From Geotalea uraniireducens Rf4 (GTDB lineage Bacteria > Desulfobacterota > Desulfuromonadia > Geobacterales > Geobacteraceae), in assembly GCF_000016745.1 (NCBI RefSeq), contig NC_009483.1, positions 1,470,001 to 1,502,000 of the forward strand: 32,000 nt of DNA. Direction: 5' to 3'. This document shows positions 13,775 to 22,242 of the stretch, in pieces (positions within the stretch are counted from its first letter, which is position 1; the number at the start of each line of letters is the position of its first letter). Under the pieces are notes generated by a model, which worked only from the letters and a program-made list of their open reading frames with translations, was not told the DNA's origin and did no database searches. The position numbers and the translations under genes are program-made.

Positions 13775-16153
13775 ATGTCAAAAAAGATGCTGATTAATGC
13801 GATGCACCCGGAAGAGGCGCGGGTGGCAATTGTCGAGGACGGCCATCTGGTCGAGCTCGATATCGAGATTGCCGGGAATGAGCAGACCCGCGGCAATGTT
13901 TACAAGGGGGTAGTGGTCCGGGTTGAACCGGGATTGCAGGCCGCCTTTGTAGACATCGGCCTGAAAAAGCTCGGATTCCTCCAGATGGGGGAGATTCACC
14001 CTGAAAACTGGCAATGGCGGGATGATGTCCCCGAGGACCAGCGGCACCGCCGGCCCCGTATCCAGGAAATCCTTCGCCGCGGCCAGGAGCTGATCGTTCA
14101 GGTGGAAAAAGGGGAGCGCGACAACAAGGGGGCGGCGCTTACTACGTATATTTCCCTGCCCGGGCGCTACATGGTGCTCATGCCGGGGAGCGATTCCGCC
14201 GGCATTTCCCGCAAGGTGGAGAGCGAGAGCGAACGGAAAAAGCTGAAGGAGCTGGTGGCCGGACTGGAGATACCTGAGGGGATCGGCTACATCATGAGGA
14301 CCGAGGCGGTCGGCAGGACCAAGACCGAATTGACGAAGGACCTCCAGTACCTGGTGAAGCTTTACAGCAGCATCCGGGAGAAGGGGGCGGAAATTAAGGG
14401 GGCCGGCCTGATTTACCAGGAGTCCGACCTGGTGATCCGCACCATTCGGGATTATTTTAACGCCGATATCGACGAAGTGCTGGTGGACAGCAAGGAAGTT
14501 TACAAGCAGGCGCGGGCCTTTTTCAAGGAGACCATGCCCAAGTGTGAAAAGCTGGTGAAGATGCACCAGGAGAAGCGGCCGATCTTCTCCCGCTACCAGC
14601 TGGAAGAGCAGATCGACCTGATCTATGAAAAGAAGGTACCGCTCAAGTCCGGCGGCTCCATCTTCATCGAACCGACCGAGGCGCTCGTTTCCATCGACGT
14701 CAACTCAGGCAAATCCACCGGCGAGAGGGGGGTGGAGGACACCGCCTACAAGACGAACCTGGAGGCTGCCGCGGAGGCTGCGAGGCAGCTCAGGCTACGC
14801 GACCTTGGCGGGTTGATCGTCATCGACTTTATCGACATGCGTGAGCGCAAACACAACGCCGAGGTGGAGAAGACGCTGAAAACCGCCCTGAAAGGGGACA
14901 AGGCGCGGGTGACCGTCGGCAGGATCTCGCAGTTCGGCCTCCTGGAGATGTCGCGACAGCGGATCAAACAGACCATCAACCAGGCGAGCACCCTTGAATG
15001 TCCCCATTGCGAAGGGCGGGGCAAGGTGAAGTCGGTGGAGGCTATGGCGCTTTCCTTTTTGCGCAAGGTCCACGCTGCGGCCGCAAAGGGAACGGTTGCC
15101 GAGGTACGGGGCGGGCTGCCGCTGGAAGTGGCCTACTACCTGCTGAACCGGAAGAAACGGGAGCTGGCACAGATCGAGACCGATTATGATATCGATGTGA
15201 CGGTAAAAGGAAAACCGTCCTTTCTCCTCAACCAGATGGAGGTGGAACTGACTAAACGGGAGAAACCGCTCGTTGAGGAGCATTTGCCGGTAAAAGGAGC
15301 ACCTGCTGAAGAGGCCGAGGCGCATGAACCTGCTGCTGCCGTGGCTGGAGCCGTGCCGGGCGAAGAAATAAAGGGCAAGAAAAAACGGCGGAGAGGGAAG
15401 AAAAAACCGCACGTGGAAGGTGAAGCCTTAGTGGGCGCGGAGGCGGCAGCTGAACTGCCGCAGGTTGAAGCGCCTGAGGAAGAGTCGGCTGAAGCGGTTG
15501 GACCGGCGGCAGAGGCAGAAACAGAGGCAGAAGCAGCGCCGACAGGCGAAGGGCAGGGCGAAGAGCATAAAAAGAAACGACGGCGCAGACGGCGGCGCGG
15601 GGCAAAAGCGCCCGCAGCTGAAGGCGCGGTAGCTGGAACCCCTGCGGAAGAGGAAGCTGTTGTCGTAGAAGCAGCCGTCGCTTCCGTGGAAGAGCCTGTA
15701 GCAGCCGCCGAAGAGGAACCCCACGGGGAAGAGGCGAAGAAAAAACGTCGGCGCAAGCGGCGGCGCGGCGGTAAGCCGGCTGTGGCCGAAGGTGTTGCCG
15801 GTGAGCCTGTTGCAGAACAGCCGGCTACCCCACCGGTTGAAGATAAGGGCATGAAGCCGGTTGAGGCAAAAGCGGAACAGCCCGCGGAAGCGGAGCAGAA
15901 GCCGAAAAAACCACGGGCTCCGCGTAAGAAAAAAGTCGAAGAACCGGCGCCGAAGGAAGAGCGACCGATCGAGGCGGAAGCGGCTCCGGCGGCCGAGGAA
16001 GCCCCGGCCAAACCGAAGAAAAAAGCGCGCACCAAGAAGGTCGTCGAAGAAACTCCGATAGCACAGGAGCCGGCCTCTGCCGGGGAAAAACCGGAAAAGC
16101 CGAAACGGACGCGGGCTCCGCGAAAAAAGAAAGAGGTGACTACAGTTGAATAA
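13775..16153 (+). CDS. rne: Ribonuclease E (RNase E/G catalytic N-terminal half plus a low-complexity Arg/Lys/Glu/Ala/Pro-rich C-terminal half)
   Basis: MSKKMLINA..EEARVAIVEDG, S1-domain GNVYKGVVVRVEPGLQAAFVDIG, catalytic IVIDFIDM, Zn-link CPHCEGRG. The tail has three KKKRRR(R/K)RRRG blocks and three KPKKPR.PRKKK-like blocks. Confidence 0.92.
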   Translation: MSKKMLINAMHPEEARVAIVEDGHLVELDIEIAGNEQTRGNVYKGVVVRVEPGLQAAFVDIGLKKLGFLQMGEIHPENWQWRDDVPEDQRHRRPRIQEILRRGQELIVQVEKGERDNKGAALTTYISLPGRYMVLMPGSDSAGISRKVESESERKKLKELVAGLEIPEGIGYIMRTEAVGRTKTELTKDLQYLVKLYSSIREKGAEIKGAGLIYQESDLVIRTIRDYFNADIDEVLVDSKEVYKQARAFFKETMPKCEKLVKMHQEKRPIFSRYQLEEQIDLIYEKKVPLKSGGSIFIEPTEALVSIDVNSGKSTGERGVEDTAYKTNLEAAAEAARQLRLRDLGGLIVIDFIDMRERKHNAEVEKTLKTALKGDKARVTVGRISQFGLLEMSRQRIKQTINQASTLECPHCEGRGKVKSVEAMALSFLRKVHAAAAKGTVAEVRGGLPLEVAYYLLNRKKRELAQIETDYDIDVTVKGKPSFLLNQMEVELTKREKPLVEEHLPVKGAPAEEAEAHEPAAAVAGAVPGEEIKGKKKRRRGKKKPHVEGEALVGAEAAAELPQVEAPEEESAEAVGPAAEAETEAEAAPTGEGQGEEHKKKRRRRRRRGAKAPAAEGAVAGTPAEEEAVVVEAAVASVEEPVAAAEEEPHGEEAKKKRRRKRRRGGKPAVAEGVAGEPVAEQPATPPVEDKGMKPVEAKAEQPAEAEQKPKKPRAPRKKKVEEPAPKEERPIEAEAAPAAEEAPAKPKKKARTKKVVEETPIAQEPASAGEKPEKPKRTRAPRKKKEVTTVE

Positions 16154-16199
16154 ATCAAGGTAAGCCGCTGGTTCCCATGAGGCGGTCAAGGGAGGTACC

Positions 16200-17027
16200 A
16201 TGAAGTTGCTCAGGCTTCTGGCAATACTGATTCTTTTTACCGCTTCCGAGGCGAGCGCTGCCCAGTTTGGCGGGGTGGAGGAATTTTCCGTCAATTTATC
16301 TCCGCAATATTTCCAATGGGAAGAATTTTTCAACGGTAGAAGGCTTCTCCGGGAGCAAGGCTGGCTTGTCGGGGCTGGGCCATTGATTTATCTGAACCTT
16401 TTACAGGCGGAACCGGCTGGGTCTCTCCTGTTGAAGGGTAAAGCCGAGGTGTTCGGCGGCGTTGTAGGTTATACCGGCGAAACCCAGCCTCCCAACCCGT
16501 TTCCGGTCAAAACCGACGTAGGTTATGTGGGGGTAAAGGGCGAAGTGGACCTGGGATGGCGGTTCACCGTGAATAAGGTTTCTTTCGAGCCGTTCGGAGG
16601 TGTTGGATATCGCTGGTGGCTGCGTGACCTGTATAACTCCACAACGGTGGACAATAGCGGAAAGCTTGTAAAGGTCAACGGGTATACCGAGACTTGGCAA
16701 AGTGTTTATGCCCGTGCCGGCGGTCAGATAGGTTATGCGATTTCAGACGATTGGCGGGCTTTTTGTGAAGGTGGCGCAAAATATCCCTTTTACACCGGTA
16801 ATTCCGTGGATTTCACCGAAACGGGCAATTTGACGACCAAGCCCGGCGGCCGCTGGTCTGCATTTGCGGAGATCGGCGCCAGGTACCGGAAATTCAAGTT
16901 GAGCGCCTTTTACGAAGGGTTCCGATACGCACAATCTCCTGTGGTTGCAAGCAGCACTTTAAGGGTATTCCAGCCCACGTCGGAGTCGGACCTCTTCGGC
17001 TTCAGCCTGGGTTGGGTATTCAGATAA
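16200..17027 (+). CDS. Putative outer-membrane beta-barrel protein (family not recognised)
   Basis: Signal peptide MKLLRLLAILILFTASEASA/AQ with GGGAGG as SD. Gly/aromatic-rich alternating segments (GYRWW, GGQIGYAIS, AFAEIGARYR) and a C-terminal FGFSLGWVFR. Confidence 0.55.
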   Translation: MKLLRLLAILILFTASEASAAQFGGVEEFSVNLSPQYFQWEEFFNGRRLLREQGWLVGAGPLIYLNLLQAEPAGSLLLKGKAEVFGGVVGYTGETQPPNPFPVKTDVGYVGVKGEVDLGWRFTVNKVSFEPFGGVGYRWWLRDLYNSTTVDNSGKLVKVNGYTETWQSVYARAGGQIGYAISDDWRAFCEGGAKYPFYTGNSVDFTETGNLTTKPGGRWSAFAEIGARYRKFKLSAFYEGFRYAQSPVVASSTLRVFQPTSESDLFGFSLGWVFR

Positions 17028-17044
17028 AGGACACACCTGGATAA

Positions 17045-17419
17045 ATGGAGACTGTTCTCTATATTGCAGTTTTCGGCGCCCTCGGCTGCCTTTCCCGCTA
17101 CTACCTGTCCGGCTGGGTCTACGAACTCTTCGGCAGGGCCTTTCCCTATGGCACCTTTGCCGTGAACATCGTCGGAGCGTTCTGCATCGGCCTGATTATG
17201 GAGTTTTCCCTGCGCAGCGCCCTCGTCTCCCCCCAGCTGCGCATCGGCCTTACTATCGGTTTTCTCGGCGGGCTTACGACGTTCTCCACCTTCAGCTACG
17301 AAACCTTTCGTCTCCTTGAGGACGGCGAACTGCTCATTGCCTCGGCAAACGTTCTCTTCAGCGTGATGACCTGCCTGGTATTCACCTGGCTCGGGATCAT
17401 TGTGGCGAAAGCGTTGTAG
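17045..17419 (+). CDS. crcB: Fluoride channel CrcB/FluC
   Basis: 124 aa with four TM segments. GTFAVNIVGAFCIGL and GFLGGLTTFSTFSYE are the CrcB signatures. Confidence 0.92.
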   Translation: METVLYIAVFGALGCLSRYYLSGWVYELFGRAFPYGTFAVNIVGAFCIGLIMEFSLRSALVSPQLRIGLTIGFLGGLTTFSTFSYETFRLLEDGELLIASANVLFSVMTCLVFTWLGIIVAKAL

Positions 17420-17498
17420 GGGCATCCCCTTGCGGGTGCCCAATTGCCGTACGCACACAAACACCTTAAAACCGGGCAGGCGCAAGGCCAGCCCCTAC
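17416..17498. repeat. Inverted pair of GTAGGGGC-hairpin units
   Basis: GTAGGGGCATCCCCTTGCGGGTGCCC (17416-17441, +) and GGGCAGGCGCAAGGCCAGCCCCTAC (17474-17498, the rc orientation). The TAG of the first unit (17417-17419) is the crcB stop codon. Confidence 0.85.
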
Positions 17499-17533
17499 AA
17501 TTAGTCCAATGCATACATACAGGAGGTTCGTTT

Positions 17534-17878
17534 ATGACCAAGTTGAGCGGCGAACAGGTTCTGATGCGGATATTCATCGGCGAAAGCGACAAGCATGGCC
17601 ATATATCTCTCTATGAAGCGCTCGTGGAGTTGTTCAGGAAAGAAGGCTTTGCCGGGGCAACGGTTTTGCGCGGCATAGCCGGTTTTGGCGCCCACAGCGT
17701 TTATCACACGGACAAACTGCTGCGGCTTTCCACTGATCTGCCGATAGTGGTGGAGGTGGTCGACAGCCAGGTGAAAATCGATGCGGTCATGGATAAAATC
17801 GATGCGATGATGACCGGAGGCATGATCACCCTGGAAAAGACCACGGTCATCCGCTACAGCACTCGTGAGGGGAAATAA
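17534..17878 (+). CDS. DUF190 (PII-like fold, COG1993) protein commonly linked to crcB
   Basis: LMRIFIGESDKHGHISLYEALVELFRKEGFAGATVLRGIAGFG...LPIVVEVVD is the DUF190 pattern. Start set at ATG 17534, with AGGAGG 7 nt upstream; the ORF-track start 17444 lies in the repeat pair. Confidence 0.8.
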   Translation: MTKLSGEQVLMRIFIGESDKHGHISLYEALVELFRKEGFAGATVLRGIAGFGAHSVYHTDKLLRLSTDLPIVVEVVDSQVKIDAVMDKIDAMMTGGMITLEKTTVIRYSTREGK

Positions 17879-17884
17879 TCCCCG

Positions 17885-17903
17885 GCGCCGGTGAGGCCGG
17901 CGC
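17885..17903 (+). terminator. GC-rich hairpin after the DUF190 gene (possible terminator, no U tract)
   Basis: GCGCCGG-tgagg-CCGGCGC, a 7-bp perfect stem beginning 7 nt after the stop. Confidence 0.3.
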
Positions 17904-17944
17904 TCCAGACCCCATCCATTCAACGGTTTTGTTCTCCCGCCCTA

Positions 17945-17972
17945 TTGCATCATCCCCCTCCCTTGTTATACT
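17945..17972 (+). promoter_or_regulatory. Candidate sigma70 promoter for sucA
   Basis: TTGCAT (17945-17950), a 16-nt spacer, then TATACT (17967-17972), 50 nt upstream of ATG 18022. Confidence 0.4.
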
Positions 17973-18021
17973 TATCCCTGATTCCAGCCCTTTTCTCCGC
18001 AGTTTTCCTAAGGATCCATTG

Positions 18022-20718
18022 ATGACTTTCATTGCCAATCTCAGTCCCGAATGGATTGAAGAACAGTATCTCCTTTGGCGGGAGGCGCCGGAGCAGGTGC
18101 CTGCCGATCTGCGCGCCTTTTTCAGCGGCTTCGATCTGGGAAAGGAGGCGTTGTCGGCCGGGGAATTTCTTGAGCCCGCGGCGGCTCTTAAGCTGTCCGC
18201 CGTGCAGTCCCTCATCTACCGCTACCGCGACATGGGATACCTGCTCGCCTGCACCGATCCGCTATCCCCGTGCAAGAGCGACCACCCGCTCCTGACCCTT
18301 GAGGAATTCGATCTGGAGCCGTCAGACCTGGACAAGACCTTCCATACGCGACGTTTTATGAAGAAAAGCGCCACCCTGCGCGAGATCGTGGCGGTGATGC
18401 GTGATACCTATTGCCGTTCCATCGGCGTGGAGTTCATGCATATCCAGGCGCCTGCCGAGCGGCAGTGGCTGATTGACCGGATGGAGCCGGCAAGGAACAA
18501 ACCGGTTTTCTCCCGGGAGAAGAAACTGGAAATATTGAGGCAACTCCAGGAAGCGGCCCTCTTCGAGGCCTTTCTCCACAGGAAATTCGTCGGACAGACC
18601 CGTTTTTCCCTTGAAGGAGGAGATGTGCTCATTCCTCTCCTTGACTCAGTGACGGCACATGCGGCGCAGCTCGGGATAAGCGATCTCATACTGGGGATGC
18701 CCCACCGGGGAAGGTTGAACGTGCTGGCCAATGTATTCCGGAAACCGTTGGAAAACATGTTTGCCGAGTTTACCGACAATGTGGAACATGGCGTCATCGG
18801 GGAAGGCGATGTCAAGTACCACATGGGTTTTTCCATCGATGTCGCCACGACTGAAGAGCGTAGCATTCATCTGACCCTGGCGGCCAACCCGAGCCACCTG
18901 GAGGCGATCAACCCGGTGGTGGAGGGGAAGTGCCGGGCGCGTCAGGACCGCTACGGTGACAGTCGGGGGAGCCGTGTCCTGCCTGTCCTGATTCATGGAG
19001 ATGCCGCCTTCTCCGGCCAGGGGGTGGTGGCGGAAACGTTCAACCTCTCACAGCTGGAGGGGTATCGGACCGGCGGCACCCTCCATATCGTCCTCAACAA
19101 CCAGATCGGTTTTACCACCCTTCCTGCCGATGCCAGGTCAACCCAGTATGCCACCGACGTGGCGAAAATGGTTCAGTCGCCTATTTTCCATGTCCATGGC
19201 GACGATCCGGAGGCGGTGGTTCATGCGGCCGGCCTTGCCCTCGAATACCGGCAGGCTTTCGGCAAGGACGTGGTGGTAGAGATCATCTGCTACCGGCGTT
19301 ATGGTCACAACGAGGGGGACGAGCCCTATTTTACCCAGCCGCTCATGTATGAAAAGATAAAGAACCGCCCGCCGCTCCACGAACTGTACGGTGCTCAACT
19401 GGTTGAAGAAGGTGTATCCGGGTCACAGATTGAAGCGACGGCGCGGGAAATTACCGCCCGTCTCGAAGGGGCGGTCGGCCGGGAGGCCGGGATGGTCGAT
19501 GTCGGCTTTAAAGGGAGCTGGAGCGCTATTCAGCGGGAATATACCCCCTTCAAGGTGGAAACTGGAGTGGCGCGGGAAGCTCTTTTGTCACTGGCCGGAA
19601 CCCTGACTGCCATCCCTGCCGGTTTCACCCCCCATCCCAAGCTGGCGACCCTCATGCAAAAGCGGCGCGAGGCAGTGACCAAAGGTGAGGGGATCGACTG
19701 GGGCAACGCTGAAAGCCTGGCATTTGCCACCCTCCTCCAGGAAGGGGCCTCTGTTCGCCTTTCCGGACAGGATGTGCGGCGCGGCACCTTTAGCCAGCGT
19801 CACTGCACCCTCTTCGATTTTTACAACGAGGCGCGCTTTGTCCCCCTGAGCGCCGTAGCCGGTGACAAGGCCTCCTTTTACGCTTACGACAGCATGCTCT
19901 CGGAAAACGCCGTGCTCGGTTTCGAATACGGCTATTCCGTGGAGTCGCCGCTGACCCTGACCATCTGGGAGGCCCAGTACGGCGACTTTGCAAACGGCGC
20001 CCAGGTAATCATCGACCAGTTCGTGGCCTCCGGCGAAACCAAGTGGGACCGGGTGAGCGGCCTAGTCATGCTCCTCCCCCACGGATACGAGGGGCAGGGT
20101 GCGGAGCACTCCAGCGCCCGGATCGAGAGGTTTCTCCAGCTCTGCGGCGTCAACAACATGCAGGTGGCTTATCCCTCCACTCCGGCCCAGTTTTTCCACC
20201 TCCTGCGCCGGCAGGTAAAGCAGTCGTTCCGTAAACCGCTCATCGTCTTTACCCCCAAAAGCCTTCTCCGCCACCCGCTCTGCACGTCAAGGCCGGATGA
20301 ATTCACGGGGGGATGGTTCAGGGAGATACTCCCGACCGGCAATAATCCCGATAAGGTTCGGGAGGTCCTCATCTGTTCCGGGAAAATATTTTATGAACTC
20401 CTGGAACGAAAAGAACGGGAGCAGCGTGACGACGTGGCGCTCGTCAGGATCGAGCAGCTCTATCCCCTTCGGGTCGATCTCCTCGGCGAGGCGCTCCATC
20501 GGTATAAGAATGCCGCCGGTTTTCGATGGGTTCAGGAGGAACCGCGCAACATGGGCGCCTGGAGCTTTATCCGCGCCTATCTTGCGGAAATCCTCGGCCG
20601 GGAAGCCGAATACGTGGGCCGGGATGAGGAAACGGCCCCGGCGGTCGGCTCACATCGACAGCACAAGCTGGAACAGGAGAAGGTGATCGAGGAAGCGTTC
20701 AACCCAAAAACGGCTTAG
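18022..20718 (+). CDS. sucA: 2-oxoglutarate dehydrogenase E1 component
   Basis: About 898 aa. LSPEWIEEQYLLWREAP, YRDMGYLLACTDPL, GMPHRGRLNVLANV, GDVKYHMG, HGDAAFSGQGVV and EAQYGDFANGAQ are hallmark SucA blocks. Start moved from 17929 to ATG 18022 (MTFIANLS). Confidence 0.93.
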   Translation: MTFIANLSPEWIEEQYLLWREAPEQVPADLRAFFSGFDLGKEALSAGEFLEPAAALKLSAVQSLIYRYRDMGYLLACTDPLSPCKSDHPLLTLEEFDLEPSDLDKTFHTRRFMKKSATLREIVAVMRDTYCRSIGVEFMHIQAPAERQWLIDRMEPARNKPVFSREKKLEILRQLQEAALFEAFLHRKFVGQTRFSLEGGDVLIPLLDSVTAHAAQLGISDLILGMPHRGRLNVLANVFRKPLENMFAEFTDNVEHGVIGEGDVKYHMGFSIDVATTEERSIHLTLAANPSHLEAINPVVEGKCRARQDRYGDSRGSRVLPVLIHGDAAFSGQGVVAETFNLSQLEGYRTGGTLHIVLNNQIGFTTLPADARSTQYATDVAKMVQSPIFHVHGDDPEAVVHAAGLALEYRQAFGKDVVVEIICYRRYGHNEGDEPYFTQPLMYEKIKNRPPLHELYGAQLVEEGVSGSQIEATAREITARLEGAVGREAGMVDVGFKGSWSAIQREYTPFKVETGVAREALLSLAGTLTAIPAGFTPHPKLATLMQKRREAVTKGEGIDWGNAESLAFATLLQEGASVRLSGQDVRRGTFSQRHCTLFDFYNEARFVPLSAVAGDKASFYAYDSMLSENAVLGFEYGYSVESPLTLTIWEAQYGDFANGAQVIIDQFVASGETKWDRVSGLVMLLPHGYEGQGAEHSSARIERFLQLCGVNNMQVAYPSTPAQFFHLLRRQVKQSFRKPLIVFTPKSLLRHPLCTSRPDEFTGGWFREILPTGNNPDKVREVLICSGKIFYELLERKEREQRDDVALVRIEQLYPLRVDLLGEALHRYKNAAGFRWVQEEPRNMGAWSFIRAYLAEILGREAEYVGRDEETAPAVGSHRQHKLEQEKVIEEAFNPKTA

Positions 20719-20855
20719 CCACTAATGACACGAATAAACACGAATGTTTTTAACCCCTTGTGAAGTCTTGAGTAGTCACCGATCTGGTGAGTGTCTTCTT
20801 CATCACAAGAGCTTGTATATTCGTGCACATTCGTGAAAATTCGTGGTTAAAATGT
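20719..20855. repeat. Word-built palindromic element A (CACGAAT words at 10-nt phasing)
   Basis: Left arm: CACTAAT 20720, CACGAAT 20729 and 20739. Right arm: ATTCGTG 20819, 20829 and 20839. Nested inner stems are CTTGTGAAG (20757-20765) / CTTCAtcaCAAG (20798-20809), with central TCACC-gatct-GGTGA (20776-20790). It begins right after the sucA TAG. Confidence 0.9.
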
Positions 20856-20916
20856 TTTTTTAGGTTCAAGAATTTCTGAATCGCACAGATTTTAGTTCAA
20901 CCGATGGAGTAATCCC

Positions 20917-22158
20917 ATGGAAATAAAAATACCGGCGGTCGGCGAATCCGTGTTCGAGGCGCTCGTCGCCAAGTGGCTCAAAACGGACGGCGAACTGGTA
21001 AAGAAGGACGAGCCGCTCTGCGAGATCGAGACCGACAAGATCACCCTGGAGATCAATGCGGAGGCGGCCGGCGTTCTTTCCATCAGGGTGAAGGCCGGGG
21101 AAACGGTCAAGATCGGCACGGTGATCGGCGCCATCGATGAACAGGGAGTGCCGGAAGGTGCGGTAGCCCCCGGCGTGGAACCTGCTGCCAAACCCGAATT
21201 CCAGCCGGTGACGCCGCAGCCGCCCCTTTCGCCGGCGGTGCGCAAGATGGCCCAGGAAAAGGGGCTAAAACCGGAAACGATCCTGGGGAGCGGCAAGGGG
21301 GGGCGGATAACGGTGGATGACCTGTTAAAGGCTGGGATCGGGGATCTGGGAACGGGGATCGGGGATCGGGAAAAGCTGCCAATGGCCGGTCCCGTCGTTG
21401 AGCAGCCTTCTCTCTTTGGGCCTGCTGCAGAGCCTCTTCCCACCCAAGCCGGCGAAGAGGGACGGATAACCCGCAAGCCGATGACCCCGATCCGTAAAAG
21501 GATTGCAGAGCGGCTTCTGGCAGTGCGGCAGCAGACCGCCATGCTCACTACCTTCAACGAAGCGGACATGGGAAGGATCATTGCCCTGCGCAAGAACCAC
21601 AACGAGCGCTTCATGCTCCGGCACGGCGTGGCGCTCGGGTTCATGCCGTTCTTCGTCAAGGCCTGCATCGACGCGCTCAAGGCGTTTCCCATAGTCAATG
21701 CCCGTATCGACGGTGATGATATCGTCTACCAGCATTTTTACGACATCGGCATCGCCATCGGCGGGGAGAAGGGGTTGGTGGTGCCGATCATCCGCGATGC
21801 GGACCGGCGCAATCTTGCGGAGATCGAAAAGGCCATCCAGGTCTATGTGGAGCGGGTCAAGATCAATCAGCTCAACCTTGCGGACATTACCGGCGGGACT
21901 TTCACCATCAGCAACGGCGGGGTTTACGGCTCAATGCTCAGCACGCCGATCATCAACCCGCCCCAGAGCGGGGTTCTCGGCATGCATGCCATCCAGGAGA
22001 GGCCGGTGGCCTTGGACGGCAAGGTGGTGATTCGGCCGATGATGTACCTGGCCCTCTCCTACGACCACCGGATCATCGACGGCCGCGAGGCGGTGGGGTT
22101 TCTCAAAAAGATCAAAGAGTGTATCGAAGACCCGGAGGAGATGCTGTTGGAGGGGTAA
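20917..22158 (+). CDS. sucB: Dihydrolipoyllysine-residue succinyltransferase (E2 of 2-oxoglutarate dehydrogenase)
   Basis: Lipoyl domain [13 protein letters not shown]3/E1-binding domain [32 protein letters not shown], catalytic [14 protein letters not shown]. Confidence 0.93.
   Translation: MEIKIPAVGESVFEALVAKWLKTDGELVKKDEPLCEIETDKITLEINAEAAGVLSIRVKAGETVKIGTVIGAIDEQGVPEGAVAPGVEPAAKPEFQPVTPQPPLSPAVRKMAQEKGLKPETILGSGKGGRITVDDLLKAGIGDLGTGIGDREKLPMAGPVVEQPSLFGPAAEPLPTQAGEEGRITRKPMTPIRKRIAERLLAVRQQTAMLTTFNEADMGRIIALRKNHNERFMLRHGVALGFMPFFVKACIDALKAFPIVNARIDGDDIVYQHFYDIGIAIGGEKGLVVPIIRDADRRNLAEIEKAIQVYVERVKINQLNLADITGGTFTISNGGVYGSMLSTPIINPPQSGVLGMHAIQERPVALDGKVVIRPMMYLALSYDHRIIDGREAVGFLKKIKECIEDPEEMLLEG
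21334..21368 (+). repeat. Five-unit GGGATCG-type heptamer array / canonical G-quadruplex motif inside the sucB linker
   Basis: GGGATCG GGGATCT GGGAACG GGGATCG GGGATCG, counted directly. It encodes [11 protein letters not shown] between the binding domain and the catalytic domain. Six G3-4 tracts are separated by loops of 3-4 nt. Confidence 0.9.
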
Positions 22159-22178
22159 ACCTATTTTCGTTTCCATGA

Positions 22179-22207
22179 TTGATTGTTGCTTAATATGGTG
22201 TTAAATT
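22179..22207 (+). promoter_or_regulatory. Candidate promoter of the Phd/ParE cassette
   Basis: TTGATT (22179-22184), a 17-nt spacer, then TAAATT (22202-22207), in an AT-rich 84-nt gap. Confidence 0.4.
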
Positions 22208-22242
22208 AAATGCTAAATTTGACACCAAAGGAGAATGGATCA

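Noticed and set aside
16154-16199. Fluoride riboswitch upstream of the barrel-crcB unit (17028-17044 also checked)
   Set aside because: The gaps are only 46 and 17 nt, and they lack the conserved crcB-motif core as I remember it. A covariance-model scan is still needed for certainty.
17929-18021. N-terminal extensions offered by the ORF track for sucA (17929), aconitase (24420), pdhB (27751), lipB (30490), the DUF190 gene (17444), the RHH antitoxin gene (10957), the AI-2E transporter gene (2816), the nitroreductase gene (1756) and lon (8129)
   Set aside because: In each case an internal ATG with a proper SD coincides with the conserved family N-terminus. The extension lies in repeat or intergenic sequence, or starts at a GTG.
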